A DNA stretch of 64,000 nucleotides from Klebsormidium nitens (lineage: Eukaryota; Plantae; Klebsormidiophyceae): positions 124,001 through 188,000 of the forward strand of contig DF236966.1 in the NCBI GenBank assembly GCA_000708835.1, given 5' to 3'. Both the position numbers and the translations under genes were made by a program. Shown here one piece after another: positions 32,701-45,462 of this stretch. Below the pieces are notes generated by a model. That model made no database searches. It saw only the letters and a list, made by a program, of their open reading frames with translations, and was not told the origin of the DNA. Every line of letters begins with the position of its first letter. The first letter of the stretch is position 1.

Positions 32701-35695
32701 AGATGGAAAAATCCTTGAAGTTGATGTCGACAGTCGCGCACGTCACAGTAGACGTTCCGCCCTTCTCAAACGATTTTCCAGCAGCGACGGCACTCAACTC
32801 ACAACACTCTACACCGAAGACCCTAAGTCAATCCCGATCTCTCTCTTTGCAGCGAGACGCTGTCGACGCTCAAGTTCGCGAACCGCGCCAAGAACATCAA
32901 GAACGAGGCCAAGATCAACGAGGACCTGGACCAGAAGACGTTGCTGCGCAAGTACGAGCGCGAGCTGAAGAAGCTGCGCGACGAGCTGCAGCAGCGCAGC
33001 CGCAACCTGGTGGACAAGCGGCGTCTGCTGGAGCTGGAGGAGCAGAAGCGGCGCGCGGAGGAGGACAAGCTGCAGGCCATCACGGAGCTGGAGGTAAGGC
33101 GGTTCACATTGCACTCGAAGTTGTGACTCTCACTTATAGTACGGTCTCTCAAATCTACTATTTAAAACAGCTTGCAAGGGGACACGCCGCCGCCGACAAA
33201 AGAGCTGGAGGTGAGGGCGTGATCATTCAGCCTTCGGCTTATGAGAGTACTACCACCAAGGAAGAAGCTGCAAGAGGACATGTAAATAAGCTGCTTTCAC
33301 GAGGCTAAAGACTTTTGGAACTGTTGTTTTAAGTGCGCGCTTGGAGTCCTGACGACTGACGTCTCAATCGCATGTTCGGCCCACCCCGAAGCTTCGGAGA
33401 TACAAGGGTGCGATTTTGCAGAAAAGTCATTCGAATGAGATTACCTTTGGGATGGAACTAAAGCCTTTCTCCCTTATCACAAAGCTTCTCTCAACAAGCC
33501 TACTAAACGAGATCTTGCAATCGTCAGGCACGGAGCAAGGAGTTCATGAACGAGAAGCTGGAGAAGCAGAAGTTGGAGGAGCGGATCCAGAGCATGCAGA
33601 GCCAGCTGCTGATCGGAGGGCACAAGATCGAGGACACGCCGGCGTTCCGCTCGCTTCTCCAGCAAGAGCACAAGCGTATCCGGACGGAATACGAGCAGCG
33701 GCTGGCGGAACTGGAGAAGGAGCGACACACTGTGGAGGAGGACAAGGCGCAGGTGCTTTTCTTGCTAAATTTCTTGTGTAAATCTGCATTTCTCGTTTGT
33801 CGAACACAGCATTAGATGCAAGAAGGATCACCTAAGCCTCACCAATCTTCTCGTCCTTCCGGAGATTTGGGAAACGTCTGTTCCGCTCCGAGACTCCCTT
33901 TATCAGAGACCTGGAGGGTATCGAATTAAGATCCTGCAAAGTGGCTCCTTCAATCCGCGGATGCGCACGGCACTCTACTTACAGAGGTTGAGTCTTAGAC
34001 ACAGCCGCAGTTCCCCCAACTCAACCCCGAAAGGCGTTTTCCCCTCGACTGTCTTATAATCGTCAGCCTAAGAGAAGCGTTTTTGATTCCACTGTCTTGT
34101 AGTCTGCAGCCTAAGAGAAGCAATTCTATTGGACTGTCTTATGATCTGCGGCCTAAGATATCCGCTCTCACGTGTTTGCTGGCTGCTCAGTCCACCGAAC
34201 AATCCGACTAACAATATCCTTTCTTTGTGCAGGTGGACCGGTACAAGCAGCTGCTGTTGAAGCAGCGTGACATCATGATCGCGCTCACGGCGCGGCTCAA
34301 CGAGCGGGACGACCAAATCATCAGCCTGCAGGAGGAGCTGGAGGCGTACGACAGGTGACTGCCGGCACGAACGTTCTATTTCTTTCGGCTTCCGATTTTC
34401 TCGGGCTCCCAGTCTTGGTTTGAACAGAGGGCTTTCAAATTTCACGGTCACGTTCCGATAGGAACCGTTCCGAGCGGATCGGAGCGCGAGCTTGGAGGGA
34501 AAAGGAAGTGCTGAGGCCAGTCTTGAAGGCGGAAATCGGCACGGAAGCTTCTCGTGTGATATATCCGGGCGATGCTGAGGGATGAAGACGACGCTCGATT
34601 GTTTGCAGAGCCCTTTGACAGTGTCCTGCTCGATCTCTTCAAGTCCCGCAAAGACTTTGCTTTCCGCTCTGACGAATATCGGTCCGTTCCGGTGGCAGGC
34701 ATCAGCGGAAGCTGGAGGACGCCCTGGACCAGAAGACGGCGGAGCTGATCCACCTGCGCAAGGCCGCAATGGACTTCTACGCGAGCACGCCGCGGAATGC
34801 CGGCGAGAAGGTGATCAACACCCAGTTGATGAGCGCGCTGGGCGTGTGGGGCGACAACCACGAGGAGAAACTAGCGGTGCAGGAAAACTGGCTGGCGGAC
34901 CTGGACGCCACGGGCGCGGGCGCGGCCGCGATGGCCGCGCGCGTGGAGGGCTTCGCGCGCGCGCTGGGGCTGCCGGGCGGCGAGACGGCGGAGCGGGTGA
35001 CGACGTTCGTGAGGAAAGAAGTGGAGGAGCTGAGGAAGAAGTACAGCGAGGTGCTGGGTATGATGAAAATTGAGTTGCGGCTGAGCAGCGAACGGATCGT
35101 GGACGACAAGGAGCAGATCCAGGGGTTGAAGGCGGAGATCGAGAAGCTGCAGAAGCGGCTGACGTCAGCGGAGCCGCGGGCGACGTCAGCGCAGGCGGGC
35201 GGCGAGGTGGAGGCCTTGCGGGAGGCGCTGCGGGAGGCGCGGAGAGAGGTGGCGGAGCTGCGGAAGGAGCGGAACGCGGCGGAACAGGGCCCGGCCGGGG
35301 AGATGGAGTCGAAGCTAGAGTCGGTGCGGCTGCAGTACGGCCAGTTTCGGCAGGACGTCACGGCGCGGCTCGAGGAGAAGAACCGGCAGATCAAGCGGCT
35401 GGAGGAGGAGAACCAGACGCTGACAGGTGGCGGGCCCTCGGAGCAGCACGTGGCTGCGCTGAGGGAGCAGTGCCGGACGCACACCAAGGAGCGGACGGCC
35501 CTGATGACGATCTTGGACAGCAAGGTTCGGACGCTAGTGGAGAGCATCGCGCGGACGCTGGGCGAGCTACCGGGGGAGGTCGCGGACGCGCACCCGGCGC
35601 GCTTCGCGCGCGAGGTGCACGCGCTGGAGAAGCTCGTGGGGGCAACGATCCAGGCGATGAAAGGGGCGGAGGAGGCGGAACGGGCGGCGCGATGA
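29744..35695 (+). CDS. N-type kinesin (KIF3-like motor) with long coiled-coil tail
   Basis: Exons 29744-29975, 30298-30660, 30862-31175, 31403-31549, 31737-31889, 32172-32440, 32853-33093, 33528-33752, 34233-34354, 34699-35695. Motifs [26 protein letters not shown] (P-loop), [62 protein letters not shown]. Confidence 0.95.
33165..33217 (+). repeat. Degenerate echo of a kinesin exon end plus donor
   Basis: gagctggag|gtaagg at 33085-33099 (real donor) recurs as gagctggag|gtgagg at 33202-33216, exactly 117 bp downstream. It is preceded by a weak match to the exon's aagctgcagg..cacg. Confidence 0.5.
34047..34160. repeat. Three tandem ~43-bp intronic copies
   Basis: actgtctt.t..tc.gc.gcctaaga starts at ~34047, ~34090 and ~34132. 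Confidence 0.85.
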
Positions 35696-37373
35696 GCGGC
35701 CGGGGAAACGATGCCAACTCGCGGTGACTGGCGCGCAGTCAAAATGCTTTACGCAGGCTTAGACGCTGGCTGCTAGATCCGTCATAGATCCCATTTATAG
35801 ACAACGTTTAGTTCTTAAGATATGAACGTGTTGCGGATACCGTAGTCAAAAGCAGTGCATATGCACAGCGCCTTGGCAGCTTCAGCCACCCGGAAGTTCG
35901 CTCTGTGGCTATAAAGTAATCAGTAATCAGCATTACGCGCAGCAGGGACGCGCTCGCGGGCACAAGGACGCTCTATAGCGAGTGCATTTATCACGCAGTA
36001 GCCGCTTTCCTTTGTTCCAGTACGTGTGGGCGGGCTGCCGACACAAACTCTTATTTGTTCGAAGCTCACAGTAGACCAAGAAACTTCCACGATGATGCGG
36101 AACAGAAAGATTTAACCTCTTTTGTGTACGTTGAAGATTTTCGAAATGGAAGGCCTCTTAAATTAGCTAGACTTCGACATGTTGCCAACATGCTGACAGT
36201 GGCTCACTTCTTGCGGCACGATATTGCGTTCATTGTGCTGCCTGCTTTGACCTTGATAGAGAGGCTTGAGATCGACCTTCGCAGCTTTGCAATTTTGTCC
36301 TTCACAAGCCGTTTATTCGATCGATTGGCAAAAACAAATCGGGCAATGACTGCATCATGTGACACGCAGTGACTGTATGATGTAACCCGCGCCCGGGCTG
36401 AAATTTGCCCTCATGTTCGAATCAGTCGCACGCGCTTGAAAGTGCTCGACTATGGCAGCCTCTCTTGTACACCTTCGATGTACAAGCGGCCGCCATAAAC
36501 GCTCTGAATCTCAACAGTCGTCATGTTGATCGGTTCAAAGCTCGGCTTTGTTAAAGACCCCACGCTTCCTGTCACTTTTCGCCCACTGTAACGTGTCGGC
36601 CTGCTCACGCAACGCCTATGCCGGAATCTCGAGCGGGATTGACGGCATATCCAGGATTAACAAATGAGTCAGGCTGAATGCGTGGCGGCCGGGCAGCGCT
36701 GGCGCCGTCATGGTGCAAGGCAGCCTGCGCCGGTCTGGACGGTTATAGGTTGCCACAGGCTGGGCCACTTTGGAGTCACCATTTTGGCAATATATCATGG
36801 ATCAGCGGGTCATGCCTCGAGAAGGAATAGACGTCGAGCGGTTCCACCATGCAATGTGCTTCCTTCCTCAAATAGACCCGTTTATATGCTATCAGGAGGC
36901 CAGGCTTCTATGGATTTTGTGCAGCTACGGCGTCACGTTGTTAGGACGAGAGCATCATCATTTTTTGAGATCTTTTGAACACAAATGCTGTTCATCTTCC
37001 GTTCATCTTCTGGATAAGAGATCCGTGCGGTGATCAGCCGGCCGGCTGCTGCAAGCCTTGAATAATCGCTTTGTTTTTGGATGTACAATTCACGACCCCA
37101 AATCAAGTCAATGTGACCAAGTGTTTGCGAATGTAAGTGATTTCTGACTAAACAAGCTCCGACTGCTGTACACTAACTAGATTCCATCTACATCTTCTGA
37201 AACGAGCGGCCAAAGACTAGAATTTATTCCATCGTAAAGGTATGTGACAACTCCGGAAAATCCTGATATTACGTCGTCAAAGGTGGTTCAGTCGCTACCT
37301 GAAAGGATGCCCCAACTTGTATCTCCAACTGAAAGTCTCAACTCTACTTCTTTCTCAACCAGGTCTAGAGCTC

Positions 37374-38017
37374 CTAAACCACCAAGCTTTCTAGAGCTGC
37401 CAAAGACGCTCCCAGCGTCATGGTTATCGAGAAAGGGTTCGTTTGGATGGCGATGGCTATGTAATTAACGAAACCCCATGTCAAAAGAACTGATCCTACG
37501 AGAGCGACAGGTACAATCCCCAATGGGCTGTCGCCCGCACAACACAACACAAACAGTGAAATCATGAGTAGGTTGTAGCCTAGGGTTGGCAGCATCTCGA
37601 CGCTGATTGGAGAGCACCAGCTGAGCTGACGTAAGTCGATGCAGTTCCCTTGAGCAACTCTGGGTATGACCACCCACGACAGCGCCCCGGGAGCTCCGTG
37701 TCCCACGACAAACAGGATGACGGATACAATGAACTTCCCAAAACCGATGACAAACTTCTCGAAGCCTTTCTCGACGTATTCTCTTAGCCACTCTTTCAGG
37801 CTCTTCTTGCCTTGTTTCTCGCCATCTTCCTGGCCACCTTTCTGCCCACTTTCGACATCTTCTTGAGCCCCATCGAGTAGGCCACTTACAACGCATATTT
37901 TTGCAACCGTGACGAGTGCTATGATTAAGGAACAGCACAAGGGTTACCAGCGTGCCAGCCCTGGTATAGGGGAGCAGCGTGTAGGACTTCCCATAGACCT
38001 TGGATGAGTCACAGTAC
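37374..38017 (-). pseudogene. Putative multi-pass membrane protein exon with an apparent +1 frameshift (pseudogene or sequence error)
   Basis: After tttgcag|G at 38017, one frame reads YCDSSKVYGKSYTLLPYTRAGTLVTLVLFL. The next frame continues IIALVTVAKICVVSGLLDGAQEDVESG...FVIGFGKFIVSVILFVVG...LGIVPVALVGSVLLTWGF to a stop at 37374. Upstream exons were not resolved and no family was recognised. Confidence 0.35.
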
Positions 38018-39869
38018 CTGCAAAAAAGGAATATGTAAGTGAGCATTGAAGCAATCTAGCATGTACAAGGTGCATTACCATTTTGTCAGTTGAACTCAAG
38101 CCTTGGCGCAATATCGTCACCTCGTTTTTGAAGAACATCTATCATCTGCTCTGGGAGTCAAATTCAAGGCCTTTCTTTTTCCCTGAAGTCATAGATCTTG
38201 GTAGGAGGAATGGATGGCACGTGGAAAGCTGATCTTCAACCCCAGTCTGAAGAATCTGTTGGCAGCGGTGCAAGCGCACAGTTGACTCGTTGCTCCCTCC
38301 AGAGCTTGTCAATAAACCGAGAATCTCCTCAGTGTTGTCTCCAGTAAGACAACTGGCTTAATGGGTACAGTCCTCAAATCAAGCATGATTGCGATCAGAG
38401 TTGGACGGCCCTACTAGGCAAATGGCATGAGGTTTCATGGTATCCACTGGTCCCTCTCATGTCAACACAATGTGCAGATCGGTGGCCACCATGTCACCAT
38501 GAGTGAAGCCTAAAGATAAGACCTCTTTGAGGTCAACCCGAGACCTCCCACAGCAAGTCTGTTCAACAAGAACCGACGATGGATCCAGAAAAAGCCTAGC
38601 AATTGAACAGCTTCAGGTGAAAGAGAAGCATCCTCCAATCAACTCTCCAATCAACTTTCAGCTGAAGCTGTTGTATGAGCAGCACCTGAGTGACACCTGT
38701 CCTCAAACAAATATAGACTTTGGTTTGAAGCTCACCTCAGACGGCCCATCTCAGGCCACATGCGCGCAAGTGCCGCAGTCACAAAACCCCACTCCACGAG
38801 CATGTCCAGCGTATGGACAAATACGAAAAAGCAGGCAAAGACCGCCTTCACTTGTTCCTTCTTCGTCATTTTCTTTGCTCAATGCGAACGAGGATGTAGA
38901 AGTGACAGCTGGATAGCCTCAGATTCTGCCCGTATGTTTGAGAATTTCTAATCGACTACAACAACTTGGCTGAATGTAAGCTAGAATGTTGGGGTTACTA
39001 GTGACGCTTGAATTGATGCTATTGCTGGTCGTCTAAGTATTATGTTTACCGTGAGGTAGTGAGGGGTTTTGAGTTCCTGCAACGGATGCAATGTAATGCT
39101 GCTCCAAGGCTGATGGGCTGCGTTGTGCTCCCTGCGTCCTGCTGTCCCCCTAAGTGCTGCCAATAAGCCCGAAAATTCTGTCCTTCGAATTTTGATATCC
39201 AGCTTTTGAGGTTCAACAGGATTTCGCACTGTGCCCTGAAAGCCCCAGAGGTTCAGCAGTATTTGACGGCTGGGTAGGTAATATCTTAAAAGGCATGTCT
39301 GGCGTTCCTTATCCAGCTTATCAGTGCTGCTTTCTTGCGTGAACCCTGAGCTTGAGTCCAGGCCCCAGAGCTAGGGATCCCTGAATCTGAGCGCTTGATG
39401 TCGACATCCCCACGCGCTCAATCCGACATCGACGAAGTGCAAACTTCTCATGGGAGACTGCCAGCTGGCAGATTCCGTGTCAACATGGGACTATGATTGG
39501 AGATTCGAAACAGATTCAACATAACCGGTTAGGCTCAGCCTCTCACAGTAGGTAGTGCATGGATGATGGGGTCCGGTTACCGGCAGCCTGTGGTTAAAGT
39601 GGGCGTTCTGTTCCGCGGAACGCCGGACGCTAAATAAATACCGGCAGCCGTCGGTGAAAACCCGTCAGTAATCGTACCGCCGATGGCAGCTCGTACCAAA
39701 TATCGACGGTCCATTTGCAAGAGAGAGTGACTGAAACTTGATGCTCGGGTCTGGAAACTGATGACGTATGACCGATTCCAAATCTGCCGACTTCCCGCAG
39801 CGCGATTCACGGTGACTAACATCCGTGAACATTTGGACTCGGAAGTGCCTTCTTTTTGGACTCCAAGTT

Positions 39870-39935
39870 TTGCTGAGATTCGAACCCGCGACCTGAAGAA
39901 TTTGGCACGCCGCACTACCACTACGCTATGCTGAT
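39870..39935 (-). other. Degenerate tRNA-like element (Pol III A-box + B-box): tRNA pseudogene or tRNA-derived SINE head
   Basis: The minus strand reads ATCAGCA TAGCGTAGTGG TAGTGCGGCGTGCCAAATTCTTCAGGTCGCG GGTTCGAATC TCAGC. A-box at 39928-39918 and B-box at 39886-39877, at tRNA spacing. The D-stem can form; the acceptor and anticodon stems do not. Confidence 0.6.
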
Positions 39936-41631
39936 TTTCCCCGAGCAAAATTTGTCCGTAATATTACGGCGGGAGGGGGTTTTATAGGGGCACGCCCACT
40001 TTAAAGGTACCTATCTACAGGTACAGTAGATCGCCGGCGTTCGGTTGCCTGGCTTCGATAGCTTTCGATCAGGGCTATTATCGGCTAACGGTAGACACTC
40101 CGGCCTCCCTGAGAAAGGTTTCAGCCAATCTGAAATTCAATTCACGCGTGCTCTGCTCCTTCTGGCCCGGCCTCAACTATGGGCATGCGGACGCTGCGTC
40201 CCTCTTCAATATATATAATAAGGTCTAATTTCTAAAGTAACTGTGGTTCACCCAGAAATCTACAGAGAATTCTGCCTGTGCGGGTGCTCCCCGGCCGGCT
40301 AGTGAGGGCCCGTCGTGCGACAGAGCCTTGTAGCCAAGGTAGCTGGATAGAATCAGAATTCCGATCATTTTAGATTCGTACGCTGCGCCTATCCAACATA
40401 TTATTTCCCATCGCATCTAGTGCCATCTAGTACTTTATCTACAATCAGCGAGTTTTAATTTGCATCTTCTCTATGATCACGCGAGGCTTGCTGAACGTGG
40501 TGCCTCCCGGAACTCTATGTTATGGCAGCTGTGGAGACACCCATAAACGTGACAATCAGTGTAGGATGCCTTTTAAGGCGCTTCATCTTTTCCATGGTGT
40601 ATTAGCTAACACACAAAGGAGTTGCAAGAGCAACTCGAGCGATCCAGACCTAAGAGCCTGTCCTGCAAACTATGGAATCTAAGCACAGTCTAGATCTAGC
40701 TCTACAGCTCTATAATCTAGATATTATTGGCATCAACGGTTGTCGCTGGCCCCCAGCTGGCCGTAGTGTAATATCAACGGTGCAGTCATACTGCTGACAT
40801 GGCCTACATCTAGCAGAACCAGCCAATCACAAGTCATGTCATGTCCTGTCCATCGTGTTTGCAACTAGATCATGAGAACTTAACTCGAGCTTGTACAATA
40901 ATGACGCACTATGGCATGACAACCCCCAGGAGTTCCCTCAATCTCTGTCCAGCTTGGAACCCTCGCACGCCCAAACCAATCTTTGCAGCCATGCACGTGT
41001 GGGCAGCCATGGTAATGGGTTGCCCTAACTGGCATGTCGGGGCTCTGAATTGTGGCGTGTGCTAGTCCCGGTGCTCCAGCTGATAAGCCCGGCGTGCAAC
41101 ACGGTACACAACAACCTGTGGTAGGTAATTCTAGATTACGTAGTAAGCTACTACCATTGTTACTTAGGTACGGGGCAGAAACAAACAAAAACCTAAACCC
41201 CTGGTTAACATGCTCCACGCCCGTACATACCGTCCCTAAACTCCCAGGCCAACCCCACCCGTCCCCCGGGCATGAGTTGGATCATGAATTGGTCCGTACC
41301 GGGAGGGAAGCAAGTTCGACGAGTAAAGACCTATTAGAGCTAGGCTGAAATTGACTTGGTTAATCTGTACACGTCGACCTAACATAGGTCCTATCTAAGG
41401 GTAGTCGAAAAGTCTGAATGGATACCTAGAGCGTGCAGCATGCCTGGAGTGTGCTGTAATAGGGCCGTAATCAGCTAGAGCAAACCGGGAGAATCATTAA
41501 AAGATAAGCCGTTTATACGTAAGCACCACTGGTCAAGAAAACAACATGCGCGACAGCTTCACAGCTTCAGAGCACCTTTGTAGAGCCTAAACGGCTTCGT
41601 TAAAGTCTATATTTCTCCAGATTTTACATAA

Positions 41632-44031
41632 CTACAGTTTGCTGTATAGCTCGTGTATAGACTGAGATATCTCTTTCACTCGGTTTATTGTCCGGTCCTT
41701 GTCTTTCTCGTCAAGTCGAAGTCCCCACTTCTGTGTAAACTTGTCTGCGATAGAGAGAGCGAGAAATCGGCTTAAAGACGGTTTCGAAGACTTCTTCAAA
41801 CTCATAACAGCGAATCGATGGATTGCTGTCTCGAGCAGGTGCCCTCCTCAACAGATCACATTCAGAAGGTATGCGAATCAAGACAAGTCATGGGCTTCAC
41901 TATCGAAGAGTGCTCGATCGACCACACCAGTCTCCAGCCCTTGAACTTTCCACGATATACGTACGGTCGCAACTTCCTAAAATGTGACTCGAGTACCTTC
42001 CGTTCAGATTTCCTTATTTGATGCCGGTGTGTTTAGAAGAAAGAAATCGCATGTTCTTGTTCCTTGTCAGCTCGTTGTTACTCCAGGTTTCAATCGCAAA
42101 CGAGAATTGCTCGTCACCTTGAAATGATGCAGACATACGCGTTTCAAGCGTCCTGACCTACTGAGTGGCGGATTGTGCTTCAAAGAGTAACCTGACCGAA
42201 AATGCCTCGGAAGGGGGAGACTGACGGACATATGCTCCCAACCACCATCTGCAACTGCCTGCTTCCAGTAGCGACTTCACACCAAGAAAATCCAATCAGC
42301 GGAAAATCTGAATGGAAGTGATTCACTCAATCCCACTCAGCCCTTAAAAAATTGTCATGGCACGACTCCAGTCGTCGGACTTGTCCGTCTAAACGTCCAA
42401 CCATTGTAGTCAAGTGGAAAGCGGACAACCCCGCCTCACCTGGATGCCACCTCAGCACCTCCTCCCTCAGCTTCTTCTTGTGCTTCTCCGGGGCAACCCC
42501 GTGCAACAACACCCGCTCTAGTTGCCCCTCCTGCCCCGGATCCACTGGAAACGGCACGTCCAGATAACTAACCACCATGTTGCTTGAGGAAGCGAATCTA
42601 GTCCACGCTTCCTCGTAGCGCATCTTCTTGTTGAGGAACTTGCCGGCGAGGACCTCCTCGCGCCAAGCTGAGTCCTTGGCTTGCTCCTCCTCGAGGATCT
42701 TACGAGACCGCGCCGCGGCTTCCTCGTCAAGCCTTCGTCGCTTGCGTTCTCTGCAGAAGAGGGGGGGTAAAGCGATTGGCAGGTGCTCGGCGCGTGCAAA
42801 GGGCGAAAGTACGTGAAGCGGGCCGGCGGGGCAACAAACTGGGGGAAGTGGGCCACTTTCTTCACTCAGGTAGGCGGGTTTGAACAGAGTACAAGAAGTG
42901 CAAGCCGTGATGTCAGAAGCAACTCTGTGCCCAACCTGACGAATCAGCTCCGCTTTAGGTCCGATCCAAAGCCAGACCCCCCAGATCAGAATATCTTTGA
43001 CCTGCGATAGATTTGTGCTGGTTACTCTGAAACGCGTTCAAGAGTTACTTTTCGAAGTTAGTTTTGCACCTGAATGAGAGGCACGAGGTTCTCTGTTGTG
43101 GACAACACCTGACTGTCGATCAGGAGATCGACTAACTATATCGCTTAGCCTGCCTCCAGATTCCGCACAGCCCCGCGATTTTGAGCACCAACTGGAGATG
43201 AAGTGGAACAGCCCTGGGTGATGATTGGGTTCGATAGACAGAGTTGTCTTTGATAGATAGACAGAAGGCATGGGACTACTTAGGATCCCCTCCAGAGAAA
43301 GGGCGACTTCACCTTGCATCTTCTTCCTTTGCTTGTTCGGCGCTCAGCTTTGCCCTCAACTCGTCCTGCTGCCACCCCGCTTCGTGCCTCTTCCTCGCCA
43401 TGCTCTCCGCAATCCTCGCTCGCCAAGCGTCCTCATCAACAACGTCCTCCACCTCCCCCTCTCGATGAGAAGCGCTGGCGCCCCACGTCCCCCCCCCCTC
43501 CCCGTCACTCGCTTCCTCCTGCAACCGCTCCCCCCAGTCCTCCGGCTCTTCGTACCGGGACCCCCGTGCCCGGGCCTCCTCCCGTCTTGCAAGCTTGATG
43601 AGCCTTTCCTCCACCAGCATTGCTGGCGTCTCCCCTCTCTTGTTGCGGACACTCATTTTTCCGCCCGCCTCTCGCAGCTCAGCGATCACTTTGGCTGCGC
43701 CGCTCCGGGCGGCGAGATGAAGGGGAGTATCGCCCCTGCCATCCACGGCGCTGACATCACCCCCCTGAGAGAGAAGATGCCCGACGACGTCAGTGGCGCC
43801 CGCGTGGCTTGCCAGGTGGAGTGGCGTCCAACCATCGCTGTCCACGCAGTTTACGTTTGGACGGTCACCTGCATCCCAGGATTTTCGTCGCCGCTTCCTC
43901 TTAGATCGCTTTCTGCTGCTGTCAGAGTCGCTGCTGCTGCTTTCATTGGGGAGCAGTTTTATCACCTTTCTCAGATTGCCAACGCCGGCTGCATGAAGCA
44001 GCTTCAGCTCCTTCTTCCTTCGTGTCTTCAT
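41632..44031 (-). CDS. NFKBIL1: NF-kappa-B inhibitor-like protein 1 (NFKBIL1/IkBL)-like ankyrin protein
   Basis: Exons 44031-43313, 42750-42440, 41744-41632. Ankyrin repeats DSDGWTPLHLAS and DGRGDTPLHLAAR. EDWGERLQEE. C-terminal YEEAW...YLDVPFP...LREEVLRWHP|DKFTQK...RVKEISQ, typical of NFKBIL1-like proteins. Confidence 0.8.
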
Positions 44032-45462
44032 TTTAAATGTGCAGCGCGGCCACCTTAACCAGAAATTTGCTGCGCATAGCACGATGTCAGAACCGCTGTC
44101 TGGAGATGGTCAGGGAAGGCGCTGCCTCAGAGAACTCCTGAGCAGCCCCCATGGTTTACAGCCAGTCAATTTTGATGCATTTTTGGGCAAAAGAGAGCGC
44201 CCCACTCCCTTCTATCTTTCAATGTTTCCTGCATGTAACTGGTACCTCAAAGGCTCAGCCTCAGCCCTCAGGCTTTGGTGCGCCCTGGCCCCTCCTCAGG
44301 CTCGAGCTTTGTTTCGAGGATTCAACCTGAGACGCTCTTATGTGAAGGGCCCATTTCTAGATTTTGCTCCAGAATTTCAAAAGACCCGGATGTTGTTTAG
44401 AACAAGGCAGCGGGTCAAGCCGGAACCAAGCCCGGGGGAGGGCGCCGGTGATGCATAGCCAGGTGGCAACAACTAATTTGATATATGGCGTCGTCGTTCT
44501 TGCTTCCAAATGTTCGGTTTCAGCCCTAAGGCTATGGTCATACATGTAACATGTGTCTTGATTTGCTGATCAGATCGACTTTGGTGTTATTGGCAAGACG
44601 GGCAGCACGGGGGCCTGCAAGCCTCAGCTGAAATAAGACGGAAATACATTCCAATCTTAGAGTGCTTATTGTGGATGTAGGATACGCTAAATTGGCAATC
44701 CTTCCCCGAGCAGGATTCATGGCCGCCACATAAGGTTTTTGAAAATAAACCTTGCTACCTATTCAGGGCAGCTCGCCCATGCAATGCTGCATGGCCGTTT
44801 TGTGTAAGAATTTACCTGAGTCAGTCTTCCTGGATTGTCCGCGAAGCGGCGTTGGTTTCTGAGCAGATCTGAGGCTCATTTTGAGGAGTGCCGCAATCAT
44901 GGCGGCAGGTCGTGAGCTGGCCCGGGTTCATTGAGGGACTCGTGCGAAAATAGACACGGTCTCCGGGTAAGCAACATTGTCCTCTTCAGTGTCACAGACC
45001 ATCCTCCTTCTTGCATGGTCACGACATACTACATTGATGTTGCCTTTTGCAAATCCGGAGTAGAGCAGATTGTGGCCACGCTGCGTTATGCAGATTGCAC
45101 TCCAGGACGGCTATATCAAAGGACTTGAAACTCGAAAGGGTGCTGCGGGACTCGTTGATGCATCCGTATCTTAAGTGTGGTAATATTGGGTTAAGTCGAA
45201 ATTTTCTTTGCGAGTCATTGGAGCAGGGCCACATTGCTTGAAAAAAGGGTTTGTGATCAAAAGGAGCTGATCAGAACATCGAACTGAAGCTGGCTAGCAC
45301 AAGAGCATCTGTGTTGGTTGAGTTGAAGCAGGCAGTGCCAGCTTGAATCTGGCGCCATGTGACGACTTCAGTAAAACAGCACCCTAATAAACCCTTCGCT
45401 CTCTGCAGAAGTGACTCTTTACAGACCCAAAGCCTGAAAAGCGCTTTCAAAAGAGAGACAAT

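Noticed and set aside
34777-35742. 321-aa minus-strand ORF opposite the last kinesin exon
   Set aside because: Antisense shadow of a GC3-rich coiled-coil exon.
36055-37033. Short ORFs on both strands downstream of the kinesin
   Set aside because: Could not be joined into a consistent spliced model and have no recognisable motifs; left unannotated.
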